Translations under genes and position numbers: made by a program
Shown: positions 41,659 to 50,778 of the stretch, piece after piece
How the letters are laid out: the number at the start of each line of letters is the position of its first letter
How positions within the stretch are numbered: the stretch's first letter is position 1
Notes under the pieces: model-generated
The model's database searches: none
What the model was told of the DNA's origin: nothing
Seen by the model: only the letters and a program-made list of their open reading frames with translations
NCBI GenBank assembly: GCA_052168235.1
Contig: JBQLZK010000026.1
Location: 20,370-84,369 of the forward strand
Length of the DNA stretch: 64,000 nucleotides
Origin: Thainema sp.
Lineage (GTDB): Bacteria > Cyanobacteriota > Cyanobacteriia > Phormidesmidales > Phormidesmidaceae
Direction: 5' to 3'

Positions 41659-43134
41659 CTATTCTAACGTTTCACCAGCTTCAGCCTCATCCGTATCAGA
41701 GGCAAACTGCTGCACCCAGTCTTCACCAATCCGAATTGTCAAATCAGACTCGATATTACCCGTTGAAGCAGCCACAACGCGACCAGTACCGAGTACCAAT
41801 TCGATAACTCTAGCGTTTTCTACATCTCCCTGCTGGGCAATAATCTGGGTTTGGCGAATGGAATCCGGCCAGTCATTGACAACATAGACATCGTAAAAGC
41901 CTTGCTGCTGGAGGTAGTCTGCTACGTCGCGGGCAATATAAGGTTCGCCTGTCGCGTTCTGCACAGCGATGTGCAAGTCTCGGGCTGCCCGCTGCGTAAT
42001 ATCTGATGTTACCGTCGCGCCAAAATAGTCATTCATAATCCGATCGCCAGCGTCCGGATCGCGAATCCAGTAGCTAGCCACATACTCATTTGGATCGCTG
42101 AAGCGCCCTGGCAGCATGACCATCTGAAAGGATTCCTCATCCAAATTCAGCGCAAAATTTGCCAACGCCAGCATTTCTTCTAAGCTGAGATTCGTATCCA
42201 AATACTGCTGAGCAATTCGCATGATTTGGGGAATCTGGGGCAAAATCGCCGGACTCATAATGCGATCGCGCAGAGACGATAATAACTGCTGCTGCCGCTG
42301 CACCCGACCAATATCGCCAAACCCATCGCTGCGGAAGCGGGCAAACTGTTCGGCCTCATCACCATCGAGGGTTTGCCAGCCCTGGGGCAAGTCAATATAC
42401 AAATCCTGGGTCTGGTCAACATACTCCATCGGTTCAGGCACGTAAACCTCAACCCCACCAACGAGATCCACCACTTCCCGAAACGCCTCGGTGCTGACAC
42501 GTACATAGCGATCAATCGGTACATCATTCAGAGTCCGACTGACCACGCGAGCCGACATGCTGGGGCCGCCAATTACGTTAGCCTGGTTGATCTTGGTGAC
42601 GCCATAGTTGGGAATTTCAACCTGCGTGTCGCGAGGAATGGACAACACAGTGAGCTGGTTATCGTTGGGATCAACCCGAACGAGCAGCATCGTATCCGTG
42701 CGGCCAGAGAGGACTTCCGGTGAATTACGATCGGCATCGGGTACCCGATCAATCCCCATAATCAGGATATTAACTGGGCGATCTACCTGATAGCGAATGC
42801 CGCGCTTCCACAGTTCTCGTAACGAAAAACTCTCTTGGGCTTGAGCAAACCACTGAGGCGGCAGTGGCGAAACCATGGCTAGCCAAGCCCCAAACCCGGC
42901 TGAAACAATTGCAGTCAAGAAAAAGGTGGAGCCTAAAAAGAAGCCTCGCCAAGGATGGCGCGGCTCTAATTCAGTTTCAGCAGCATCCAAATTGAGGTTC
43001 TCTTCTTGATCAATTGAATTAAATTGGTTGACTGAGTCATCCGTGGATACAGTTCGATCTGAGCCTAAATCCGATTTAGAATCTGCTTGTGTAGGTATAT
43101 CTGAGTCATGTGACTGTTTTACTCCCTCAACCAC
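41659..43134 (-). CDS. LCP (LytR-CpsA-Psr) family protein with LytR C-terminal domain
   Basis: GRTDTMLL, SIPRDT, FARFRSD.FGDIGRVQRQ, C-terminal VQNATG...IRIGEDW. Confidence 0.93.
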   Translation of the reverse strand: MVEGVKQSHDSDIPTQADSKSDLGSDRTVSTDDSVNQFNSIDQEENLNLDAAETELEPRHPWRGFFLGSTFFLTAIVSAGFGAWLAMVSPLPPQWFAQAQESFSLRELWKRGIRYQVDRPVNILIMGIDRVPDADRNSPEVLSGRTDTMLLVRVDPNDNQLTVLSIPRDTQVEIPNYGVTKINQANVIGGPSMSARVVSRTLNDVPIDRYVRVSTEAFREVVDLVGGVEVYVPEPMEYVDQTQDLYIDLPQGWQTLDGDEAEQFARFRSDGFGDIGRVQRQQQLLSSLRDRIMSPAILPQIPQIMRIAQQYLDTNLSLEEMLALANFALNLDEESFQMVMLPGRFSDPNEYVASYWIRDPDAGDRIMNDYFGATVTSDITQRAARDLHIAVQNATGEPYIARDVADYLQQQGFYDVYVVNDWPDSIRQTQIIAQQGDVENARVIELVLGTGRVVAASTGNIESDLTIRIGEDWVQQFASDTDEAEAGETLE

Positions 43135-43473
43135 GCCATTTCACTCCCTTACCACAATGAGGTCTCCTGCGAATATGCAGGTCTGAGACAAATTTGTGAG
43201 AAAAACCAGCCTTAGCCTTTCGCGACAACAATCCGGAATTTAGACCGAATTTCAAATGAGACCAACATACGGCGCTAAATCTAAACCCATTCTTTTAGAT
43301 TTGTTACGACGCATTAGGGCGATTATAGCTTGGTCATTGAATCAACAGAAGTATCGTCTTGATTAGAATTGCTGAAGTTATGGTGTGGTTATCCTGAAAG
43401 ACTTGATTTTGGCTTGAAAGGTTGCATAATCAGGCTGATGCCGTTGTTGATCTCAACTAATCCAAACTGAATC

Positions 43474-44550
43474 ATGCAAAATTCTCTGATTCCCGTTATT
43501 TTGGCCGGTGGAAAAGGTGAACGTTTCTGGCCACTCAGCCGCATTCAGCGTCCTAAGCAGTTTTTGAGTTTAGATGGTAGCGGTAAGAGCTTACTCCAGA
43601 CGACGGCGGAGCGTCTCTTACCTGTGGCTGGTGATTGGGAAAGACTGTGGGTAATTACGGCATCGCATCTGGAACAGGGGGTGAAAGAACAGTTACCCAA
43701 TTTGCCCTCAGAAAATTTACTTGTTGAACCGGAAGGGCGGGATACGGCTCCGGCAGTGGCCTGGACGACACTGGAACTGAGTCAACGCTATGGGGAAGAT
43801 GCGATCGCAGGTTTTTTCCCTGCTGATCACTGGATTGCGGATGAAGATGCGTATCGACAAACGCTTCAAACTGCTGCTGCCTTAGCGACGGCTCAGCACG
43901 GCATCGTCACCCTCGGTATTCAACCCAACTACCCATCGACGGGCTATGGCTACATTGAGCAGGGCGAATCAGTTGCAGTAGAGGGTATGGCCAGTAGTTC
44001 CGCCACCAACGCATTCACCGTTAATCGCTTCACGGAAAAACCCGATCTCGCCACTGCCGAAGCGTTTATCGACAGCGGGCGCTATAGCTGGAATAGCGGC
44101 ATGTTTATTTTCGAAACTCGCACCATGCTGCAAGAGCTAGAATCCTATGCGCCGGAGCTGATTGCCACATTGAAGCAGCAAGGGGTTGCCGCTTATCCAA
44201 CGTTGAATAAGCTAAGCATTGACTATGCCGTGATGGAGAAAACACAGCGAGCTTTTGTCATGCCAGCCGTATTTGGATGGGATGATTTGGGTGATTGGAA
44301 TGCGTTGGAGCGGCTGTTGAAAAATGGCCAAACTAATGTTGAACTGGGTCATCATATTGGTCTAGATACACAAAACAGTCTGTTTTATGCCTCTGATGAT
44401 GAAGAGGTCATTGTCACAATTGGATTGGATGATGTGGTTGTTGTGCGCGATGGTCAAGCGACACTCATCGTGCATAAAGATCGGACACAAGATATCAAGA
44501 CAATCCTGAGTAAGCTAAAGAACGATCCGAAAACTCAAGGTCTTTTGTAA
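43474..44550 (+). CDS. manC: Mannose-1-phosphate guanylyltransferase
   Basis: LAGGKGERFWPLSR..PKQF, EPEGRDTAPA, FTEKP, WNSGMF and WDDLGDW motifs. Confidence 0.93.
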   Translation: MQNSLIPVILAGGKGERFWPLSRIQRPKQFLSLDGSGKSLLQTTAERLLPVAGDWERLWVITASHLEQGVKEQLPNLPSENLLVEPEGRDTAPAVAWTTLELSQRYGEDAIAGFFPADHWIADEDAYRQTLQTAAALATAQHGIVTLGIQPNYPSTGYGYIEQGESVAVEGMASSSATNAFTVNRFTEKPDLATAEAFIDSGRYSWNSGMFIFETRTMLQELESYAPELIATLKQQGVAAYPTLNKLSIDYAVMEKTQRAFVMPAVFGWDDLGDWNALERLLKNGQTNVELGHHIGLDTQNSLFYASDDEEVIVTIGLDDVVVVRDGQATLIVHKDRTQDIKTILSKLKNDPKTQGLL

Positions 44551-44616
44551 GTTCAATTCATAAATCATCCGAACTCGCTGTCATCTTCTTCCATTGCATG
44601 GCGAGATAATGGGAGC

Positions 44617-45363
44617 ATGATTGAGCGAATTTCAATAGAGCTGACCAACCAGTACGGCAAGCGCTGCCACTTCTGCTATAACCACAGCCAGCCGCAGGGC
44701 AAAACGACTTGGACACCAGAGGAGGTTGTCCAGTTTGTGCAGGACTGTGCCCAGCAGGGAACCCAGGCGGTTTCGTTTGGTGGTGGAGAACCGCTGGAAT
44801 ATCCCAGCGTATTTGAGGTGCTGCGACAATTGCGTGGTACGGTGTTTCGGTCGCTGACGAGTAATGGATTGCATCTGCATGGCGATATGCTGGATCGACT
44901 GGTGGCGGCTCAGCCGGATAAGGTGCATCTGTCGATTCACTATCCCGAGCAACCAGCGGAGGTGAATCGGGTGATCCAGCAGGTGCAGGAACTGGAGTCG
45001 CTGGGCATTCGCGGCGGCATTAATCTTTTGGTGCCTCGCTCGAAACTAGCGGCTGTGGCTCAGGCGGTGCAGGCGATTCATCAGGCGGGAATTGGCAATG
45101 ATCGGATAGTGTACTTGCCGATGCGAATTGCCGATACGCCCACGCCAAAGCAGATTGCTCAGGTCAGTGGTGGTCAGCCGTTTTAATCAATGAGTTGTCT
45201 AACAGCTTGTCAAAAAAGCCCCCGCTTCTGCTCAATTTCTTGGGATAAGCAAGTGGGCTGGTGCTCTTACACGATTGCCCGCCGCCCGCTCATGGCACCG
45301 ACTGCTGAAGCTTTAGAAGTGGCGTTGCAGGATCTGCCGCTAATTTTTTGTGGGGGAACGTAG
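44617..45363 (+). pseudogene. Radical SAM protein gene, disrupted
   Basis: YxxxCxxC in place of CxxxCxxC; GGGEPL. In-frame TAA at 45184-45186 is followed by a Cys-rich continuation SMSCLTACQKSPRFC...WCSY ending at TAG 45363. Confidence 0.7.
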
Positions 45364-45367
45364 TTGA

Positions 45368-46288
45368 ATGACACAGTTTGGAGACAAAGAAATGTGTGAT
45401 TATCCCGCTGCTCACAGTATGGATACGGAATGGTTTGCCGTTGATGCAGATGGCAATATTGGTTTATTTGATTCCAGTGAAGGTGGAGCCGTTCCGGAAA
45501 CATGGAGCAGAACTCGTAGGGAAACAAAAATTGAGTATGTCTACGACTTCTTAGAGAAGTGGAGAGAGATTGAAGATGTTTCAGTCCTACAGATTCCAAT
45601 TCCTAGCAATTCAATTGAAGGGATAGTATAAGTCTCTGAACTACTTCAACTTATGGAAACGGTTGATTATGACTATGATCTAGCTTTGAAACGCTTCAAG
45701 CGAAGCCCGAATAAATATAGTGAGAGTTGGATTGGTGTCTTCAATCTGTTCTTTATTACTGATCCAAATTTTTGGATTGGTTGGTCTGATTGGATCTTGC
45801 AATTTGAATCCGATGATGCGTTCAATCAATTCTCACAGAAGGTTTTTGCCCCCTATAGTCGAGGTGTAATCATCCGATTTTTAGGTAACAAAAGTATTTT
45901 TGGTGCTTATGAATATCTTATTGATTCTAATCGTTCGCTCGTCAGAGAGTTTATGCACTCAGGAAAAATCAATGGTGCAAAACCTGTGAAAATGTTCCAC
46001 TATCGAGGTGTAAATCATCTACACGAGATCGGGCTGTTTCCCTACACTCAAAATTCAAGCGCTCCGATTCCCTACGAAAAAATGGCCGATCCGATCATTC
46101 CACTCAAGCTAGATGATTTACCGGAAGAACTACAAGATCAGATTAGCTGGACGTGGTTCGACGATATTCGCTTTACCGAACGGCAACTGATTCAACCGCT
46201 AGAACACATGAAATGCAACACTTGGAGTGCCCGTGAATGGTGGATTGACACCCAAGGCCAAGAACGCGAGGGGCATCCGTTTAAGTAG
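45368..46288 (+). pseudogene. Hypothetical protein gene (DYPAAHSMDTxWFAVD motif) split by an in-frame TAA
   Basis: ORFs 45368-45631 and 45653-46288 share a frame and are separated only by TAA 45629-45631 and seven sense codons. Confidence 0.65.
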
Positions 46289-46304
46289 ACTAGGTTACAA
46301 ATTG

Positions 46305-49241
46305 TTAGCCAAAGTGCAGCGGATCGACATCGATGGCGAGGCGTACCTGGCGCGGACAGTGGGTTCTCAACTCATTCAAATCTGGCACATCAGTATCCAG
46401 CGGAAACTTTAGCATCAGTTGCCAGCGGTAGCGGCGGGCAATTCGGACAATCGGTGCGGGGGCAGGCCCTAGCAGTTGGTGATCAACCTGGGCCAAAATC
46501 GAGTCCGGTGCTTCTAGCAGATCGGCAATCTGCTCCGCTGTTTGCTGTGCCTGTACCGGATCGAGACTGCTAAACCGTAGCAGCACAATCTGACAGTAGG
46601 GCGGAAAATGGGTTTCCTGGCGCTGCTGAAGTTCCGCCTCGGCAAAGGCCGCATAGTCCTGCTTCTGCACCGCCTCAATCACCGGATGCTGGGGATTATA
46701 GGTTTGCAGAATCACTCGGCCCGGATCCTCCCCACGACCCGCCCGACCCGCCACTTGTAGCAGCGTCTGAAACGTACGCTCACTGGCCCGGTAGTCACTC
46801 ATATAGAGCAGCCCATCAGCTGCCAAAATGCCCACCAGCGTCACCTGGGGCAGGTCAATGCCCTTGGTCAGCATTTGGGTGCCCACCAGCAGATCGGCTT
46901 CTCCCTGAGCAAAACGAGTCAGCAACGCCCGGTGCGCTCCCTTGGCACGAGTCGTATCGCTATCGAATCGGATGCAGCTCAGATCCGGAAACTGTTCGTG
47001 AATCGACTGCACCACCCGCTGAGTGCCGCTGCCGAAGTTTTTCAAATACTGAGAGCCACATTCGGGACAAGCTGGCGGTTGCGATCGCGCATAGTTGCAG
47101 TAGTGACAACGTAGGATGGGCGGCGAGTGATCATAAGGCCGATGGTAGGACAGGGAAACATCACAATCGGGGCAGGGCATCACGTAGCCACAGCTGCGAC
47201 AGGAGACAAAGGAGCTGTGTCCCCGTCGATGGATAAACAGCAGACCCTGCTGCCCCTTGGCTTTCATTTCTTCGAGGCCAAGCTGGAGCGGGCGACTGAT
47301 GATCGAGCGGTTGCCCTCGCGAAACTCGGTACGCAGATCAACGACCTGAATCTTGGGCATGGGGCGATCGTGGATGCGCTGGGGCAGGGAGAGGTAGATG
47401 TGACGGGGTTGGTGCGGTGTCGAGGGTTGTTCGATCCCCCCGCCTTCGGCACCCCCCTTCAAAAGGGGGGCAGGGGAAATCCCTTTGTCCGATACAGATA
47501 CCTGTTGATCATTCGCCACTTGATCTCCCCCCTTTTCAAGGGGAGCAGGGGGTATCTCTTGGTTCGCTAGAGATACCTGTTGATTATTCGCCACTCGTTC
47601 TCCCCCCTTATTAAGGGGGGTAGGGGGGATCTCTTCGTCCGATACAAGTACCTGTTGCTCGTTCGCCACTCGATCTTCCCCCTTTTCAAGGGGAGCGGGG
47701 GGGATCTCCACTGCCTGTTGCCATGTTTCCAGCGATGGCGTTGCCGAACCCAGCAGCAGCGGGCAGTTTTCTAACTCCGCTCGCCACTGGGCGACCGTGC
47801 GGGCGTGATAGCAGGGCACAGGCTGATCCTGCTTAAAACTGGAATCGTGTTCTTCATCCAGAACGATCAGCCCCAGGTTTTGCAGTGGTGCGAAGACCGC
47901 TGAGCGCGTGCCGATGACGATACAGGGATCGCCCTGGAGCAACTGCCGCCAGGTGTCGTAGCGTTCGCCATCCGACAGGGCGCTGTGGTAAACGCAGACG
48001 CTGCGACCGTAGCGGGCGCGGAATCGATCGGTGAGCTGGGGCGTGAGACCGATTTCAGGAACGAGTACCAGAACAGACTTTCCGGCTTTGAGTAGAGGTG
48101 CGATCGCTTGTAGATAAACTTCGGTTTTGCCCGACCCGGTGACGCCATGTAGAAGCAAGGTGGTTGAACCGTCGGCGGCATGAATGTGGTTGAGCGCCTT
48201 GGTTTGGGCAGGCGTCAGCGCTTTGGCCTGATCCGAGGGCGGCACAAAATCCGGCTCCATCCGCAGTCGTTCGCGATCTTGGATGGAAAGGTGGCCCTTT
48301 TGCTCCAGCTTTTTGAGCGTGGTGGAACTGGTTTGACAGAGCTGTAGCGCATCGGTCAGCCAGCAGTCGCCGCCGTTGCGCCAGAGGATTTGCAGAATCT
48401 CGCGCTGCCGCTTGGTGACGGTATCGGCATCAAGGTCATTGGGATTAGTGGTAACTGTAACCGCTTGCTGAAGCTTGGGCTGCGGCGATTCCGGCGGCTC
48501 CAAATAGCTCTCCACCCAGCCCGCCTGCTGGAGCTGGCGCAGTCCTCGCTGAAACTGCTTCACCTTGCGCTGGAGATACATGCGGGTATAGTCGCCCGTT
48601 TTTGACTTTTGCAGCAGCGTCAGAATTTGCTGGGCGGCAGGCAGCAGCAGCGCTTTCTCGCCATCAGAGATATCGGTTTTGATTAGCCGTATCCGCGCTT
48701 GAGAACGTCCCAGCAGCTTGGGCGGCAGCGCTGTCCGCACAACCTGAATCAGCGGCGTTTGGTAGTACTGGGCCACTTTTTGCAGCAGCAGCCAGTAGCT
48801 GGGCGCACAGAATCCCTCGCTGATCACGTCTTCAACCGGACGAATTTGCTCCGGTTCCAGATACGGAGGCAGATGAGACTGGAGTTGAAGTGCGATCGCA
48901 CCCACTTGTTGCGCCCCAAACGGTACGCTCAGCACGTCACCGGGCTGGATGGTCAAGCCAGCGGGAATGCGATAAGTGTAAACATCCTCAGCGGCGGGGC
49001 AGTCCACCAGCGCCGTCACCCAGATGACCGCTTCAGGCGATTCCGAGTTTGGGCTGGCTGGACGGAATGATGGAGCTGGCTCGGCCACTTTCAAACTGGG
49101 TGAGTTCAGTAAGTTGGCAGGATCTGTGGGTGAAGCTGTTGTTTGGGCGGAAATCGCATCGACGCTCTTGGGCTGACTGGATTCCCCAACAGCCGCAACC
49201 CGAACTGAATAATCAGAGGTAAGATTCATCGACGATCCCAA
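46305..49241 (-). CDS. priA: Primosomal protein N' (PriA) with an internal repeat insertion
   Basis: GVTGSGKT, DEEH, GSATPS, Cys-rich CxxC pairs, GTQMLTKGID and QVAGRAGR motifs. Confidence 0.95.
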   Translation of the reverse strand: MGSSMNLTSDYSVRVAAVGESSQPKSVDAISAQTTASPTDPANLLNSPSLKVAEPAPSFRPASPNSESPEAVIWVTALVDCPAAEDVYTYRIPAGLTIQPGDVLSVPFGAQQVGAIALQLQSHLPPYLEPEQIRPVEDVISEGFCAPSYWLLLQKVAQYYQTPLIQVVRTALPPKLLGRSQARIRLIKTDISDGEKALLLPAAQQILTLLQKSKTGDYTRMYLQRKVKQFQRGLRQLQQAGWVESYLEPPESPQPKLQQAVTVTTNPNDLDADTVTKRQREILQILWRNGGDCWLTDALQLCQTSSTTLKKLEQKGHLSIQDRERLRMEPDFVPPSDQAKALTPAQTKALNHIHAADGSTTLLLHGVTGSGKTEVYLQAIAPLLKAGKSVLVLVPEIGLTPQLTDRFRARYGRSVCVYHSALSDGERYDTWRQLLQGDPCIVIGTRSAVFAPLQNLGLIVLDEEHDSSFKQDQPVPCYHARTVAQWRAELENCPLLLGSATPSLETWQQAVEIPPAPLEKGEDRVANEQQVLVSDEEIPPTPLNKGGERVANNQQVSLANQEIPPAPLEKGGDQVANDQQVSVSDKGISPAPLLKGGAEGGGIEQPSTPHQPRHIYLSLPQRIHDRPMPKIQVVDLRTEFREGNRSIISRPLQLGLEEMKAKGQQGLLFIHRRGHSSFVSCRSCGYVMPCPDCDVSLSYHRPYDHSPPILRCHYCNYARSQPPACPECGSQYLKNFGSGTQRVVQSIHEQFPDLSCIRFDSDTTRAKGAHRALLTRFAQGEADLLVGTQMLTKGIDLPQVTLVGILAADGLLYMSDYRASERTFQTLLQVAGRAGRGEDPGRVILQTYNPQHPVIEAVQKQDYAAFAEAELQQRQETHFPPYCQIVLLRFSSLDPVQAQQTAEQIADLLEAPDSILAQVDHQLLGPAPAPIVRIARRYRWQLMLKFPLDTDVPDLNELRTHCPRQVRLAIDVDPLHFG
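47433..47709. repeat. In-frame tandem array of 75-bp units, each with a CCCC..AAGGGG hairpin, inside priA
   Basis: ttcgccact recurs at 47512, 47587 and 47662 (period 75). Encodes about 3.5 copies of EIPPAPLEKGG..VAN.QQV. Confidence 0.9.
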
Positions 49242-49616
49242 AGCTAATCCTGAACTAATACAAACGATCTTAAGCTATATCTAGTGCCAATCATAGCGGC
49301 AAGTCTTGTTTTACCCAAGCTTGACCATTTGTTCAACAGAATCCGCAAATACCTGAAATTCCGCCGTTTTAGCCAGACTCGCAGAGCCGTTTTACATTTC
49401 TTTAGCTAGCGCAACTCAACTCAAGAAGTCGAAATACAAAGAAAACATTACGAAAATCACAACTGCCGATTTTTGCTCTGATACTTGTATTCAGATTGAA
49501 TAAGGTCAGCTTGAATAAAGACCTTAAATATACACAACCCTATAAGAGAAGGGGGTTCGCTAAGGGCGCAATATTCGTGTCTGATCCCCCTTCGGAAATT
49601 CAAAACAAAAGGAAAG

Positions 49617-49655
49617 TTAAGGGAGGTTCTGTTTCAGGATCTCCCTTGATTTTTT
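49617..49655 (+). terminator. Intrinsic terminator-like hairpin upstream of hpt
   Basis: aagggaggttct-gtttc-aggatctccctt followed by a T-run. Confidence 0.6.
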
Positions 49656-49748
49656 ATGCCAAAATTTGGGCGGCATCGACCCATTTAGCTGGGTGCCAAT
49701 CTCGTAGTCGCACCGACTCCGTTTTCTGAAACAAATTTAATTTTCTAC

Positions 49749-50300
49749 GTGAGGAATTCATTGGTAACTAATCAGCTAATACCGCTAATTTCTCAGCAAG
49801 AGATTGCCAACACGGTGCAGCGACTGGCGCAGGAACTCGATCGGGACTATTGCGATCGCAACCCAGTCGTGATTGGCGTCCTCAAAGGTTCGTTTATCTT
49901 TCTGGCTGACCTGATTCGCCAGATGCAAACGCCGATTCAGCGCGTGGAGCTGATCAAGCTGTCGAGCTACGGTTCCGGCATGACCAGTTCGGGAGAAGTT
50001 AAAATGCAGATGGATGTGCCTGCTGTGGTGATTAGCGGACAGGATGTGATTGTGGTGGAAGACATTGTTGATACGGGCCTGTCCACCACGAAAGCGTTTC
50101 AGGTGTTAAGCAGCCATCAGCCGAAGAGCTTGAAGCTTTGCACCCTACTCGATAAACCCGATCGCCGCCAGGTTCCGGTCACGATTGACTACTGCGGCAT
50201 CACGGTACCGGATCGGTTCATCGTCGGTTATGGCATTGATTTCGACGAACGCTATCGACAACTGCCTGCAATTTATGCAGTTGAGCAGTCATTCAGTTGA
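49749..50300 (+). CDS. hpt: Hypoxanthine phosphoribosyltransferase
   Basis: LKGSFIFLADL, SSYG, VVEDIVDTGLS (PRPP loop) and FIVGYGIDFDERYR motifs. Confidence 0.95.
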   Translation: MRNSLVTNQLIPLISQQEIANTVQRLAQELDRDYCDRNPVVIGVLKGSFIFLADLIRQMQTPIQRVELIKLSSYGSGMTSSGEVKMQMDVPAVVISGQDVIVVEDIVDTGLSTTKAFQVLSSHQPKSLKLCTLLDKPDRRQVPVTIDYCGITVPDRFIVGYGIDFDERYRQLPAIYAVEQSFS

Positions 50301-50484
50301 ATATTTAGCTAAAAGCTAAAAACTAAGTCCTATGAACGTACTCGATTGTTGCATCTTCGCAACAGTCTTGTTTAAGTTCCTTTAGAAAGTCAAAGATTGC
50401 TCACATAGAAAAGATGTTCTTTCTTTTCTATGGGTAATGCAGTAATAAAATAGGCTTTGGCTCATTTACAATCGGACGTTTAAT

Positions 50485-50498
50485 GTAAAGCTTGATAC
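50485..50498. promoter_or_regulatory. Candidate NtcA box upstream of argZ
   Basis: GTA-AAGCTTGA-TAC matches GTA-N8-TAC; no clear TAN3T at the canonical distance. Confidence 0.35.
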
Positions 50499-50778
50499 GA
50501 AATCTGGTGATGACCTGCCAAATTGAATTTTGGGCAAACAGCGCTCAGCTACAGAGTTTTCAGCCAGCAAAGTTTGGTTTTCATAATGGATCGGAGCTAC
50601 ATCCATTCGTAAAGCTAGGCGTCAGTACCAGATTATTTATCACGCTTCCTGACCTCATTTACCGCCGCTCACAGTTAGTTCATTTAGTCTCATTTGTCCT
50701 TTAGCCTGCTTCGTTTAAGCAAGCCGTTTTCCAGCCGTTAAGCGCTCAGTATACTCGCGTCTATCCTAAAGGTTTACT

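Noticed and set aside
47433..47709. CRISPR array (palindromic repeats at regular spacing)
   Set aside because: The intervening segments are similar to one another, the repeats are degenerate, the array is in frame within priA, and there are no cas genes.
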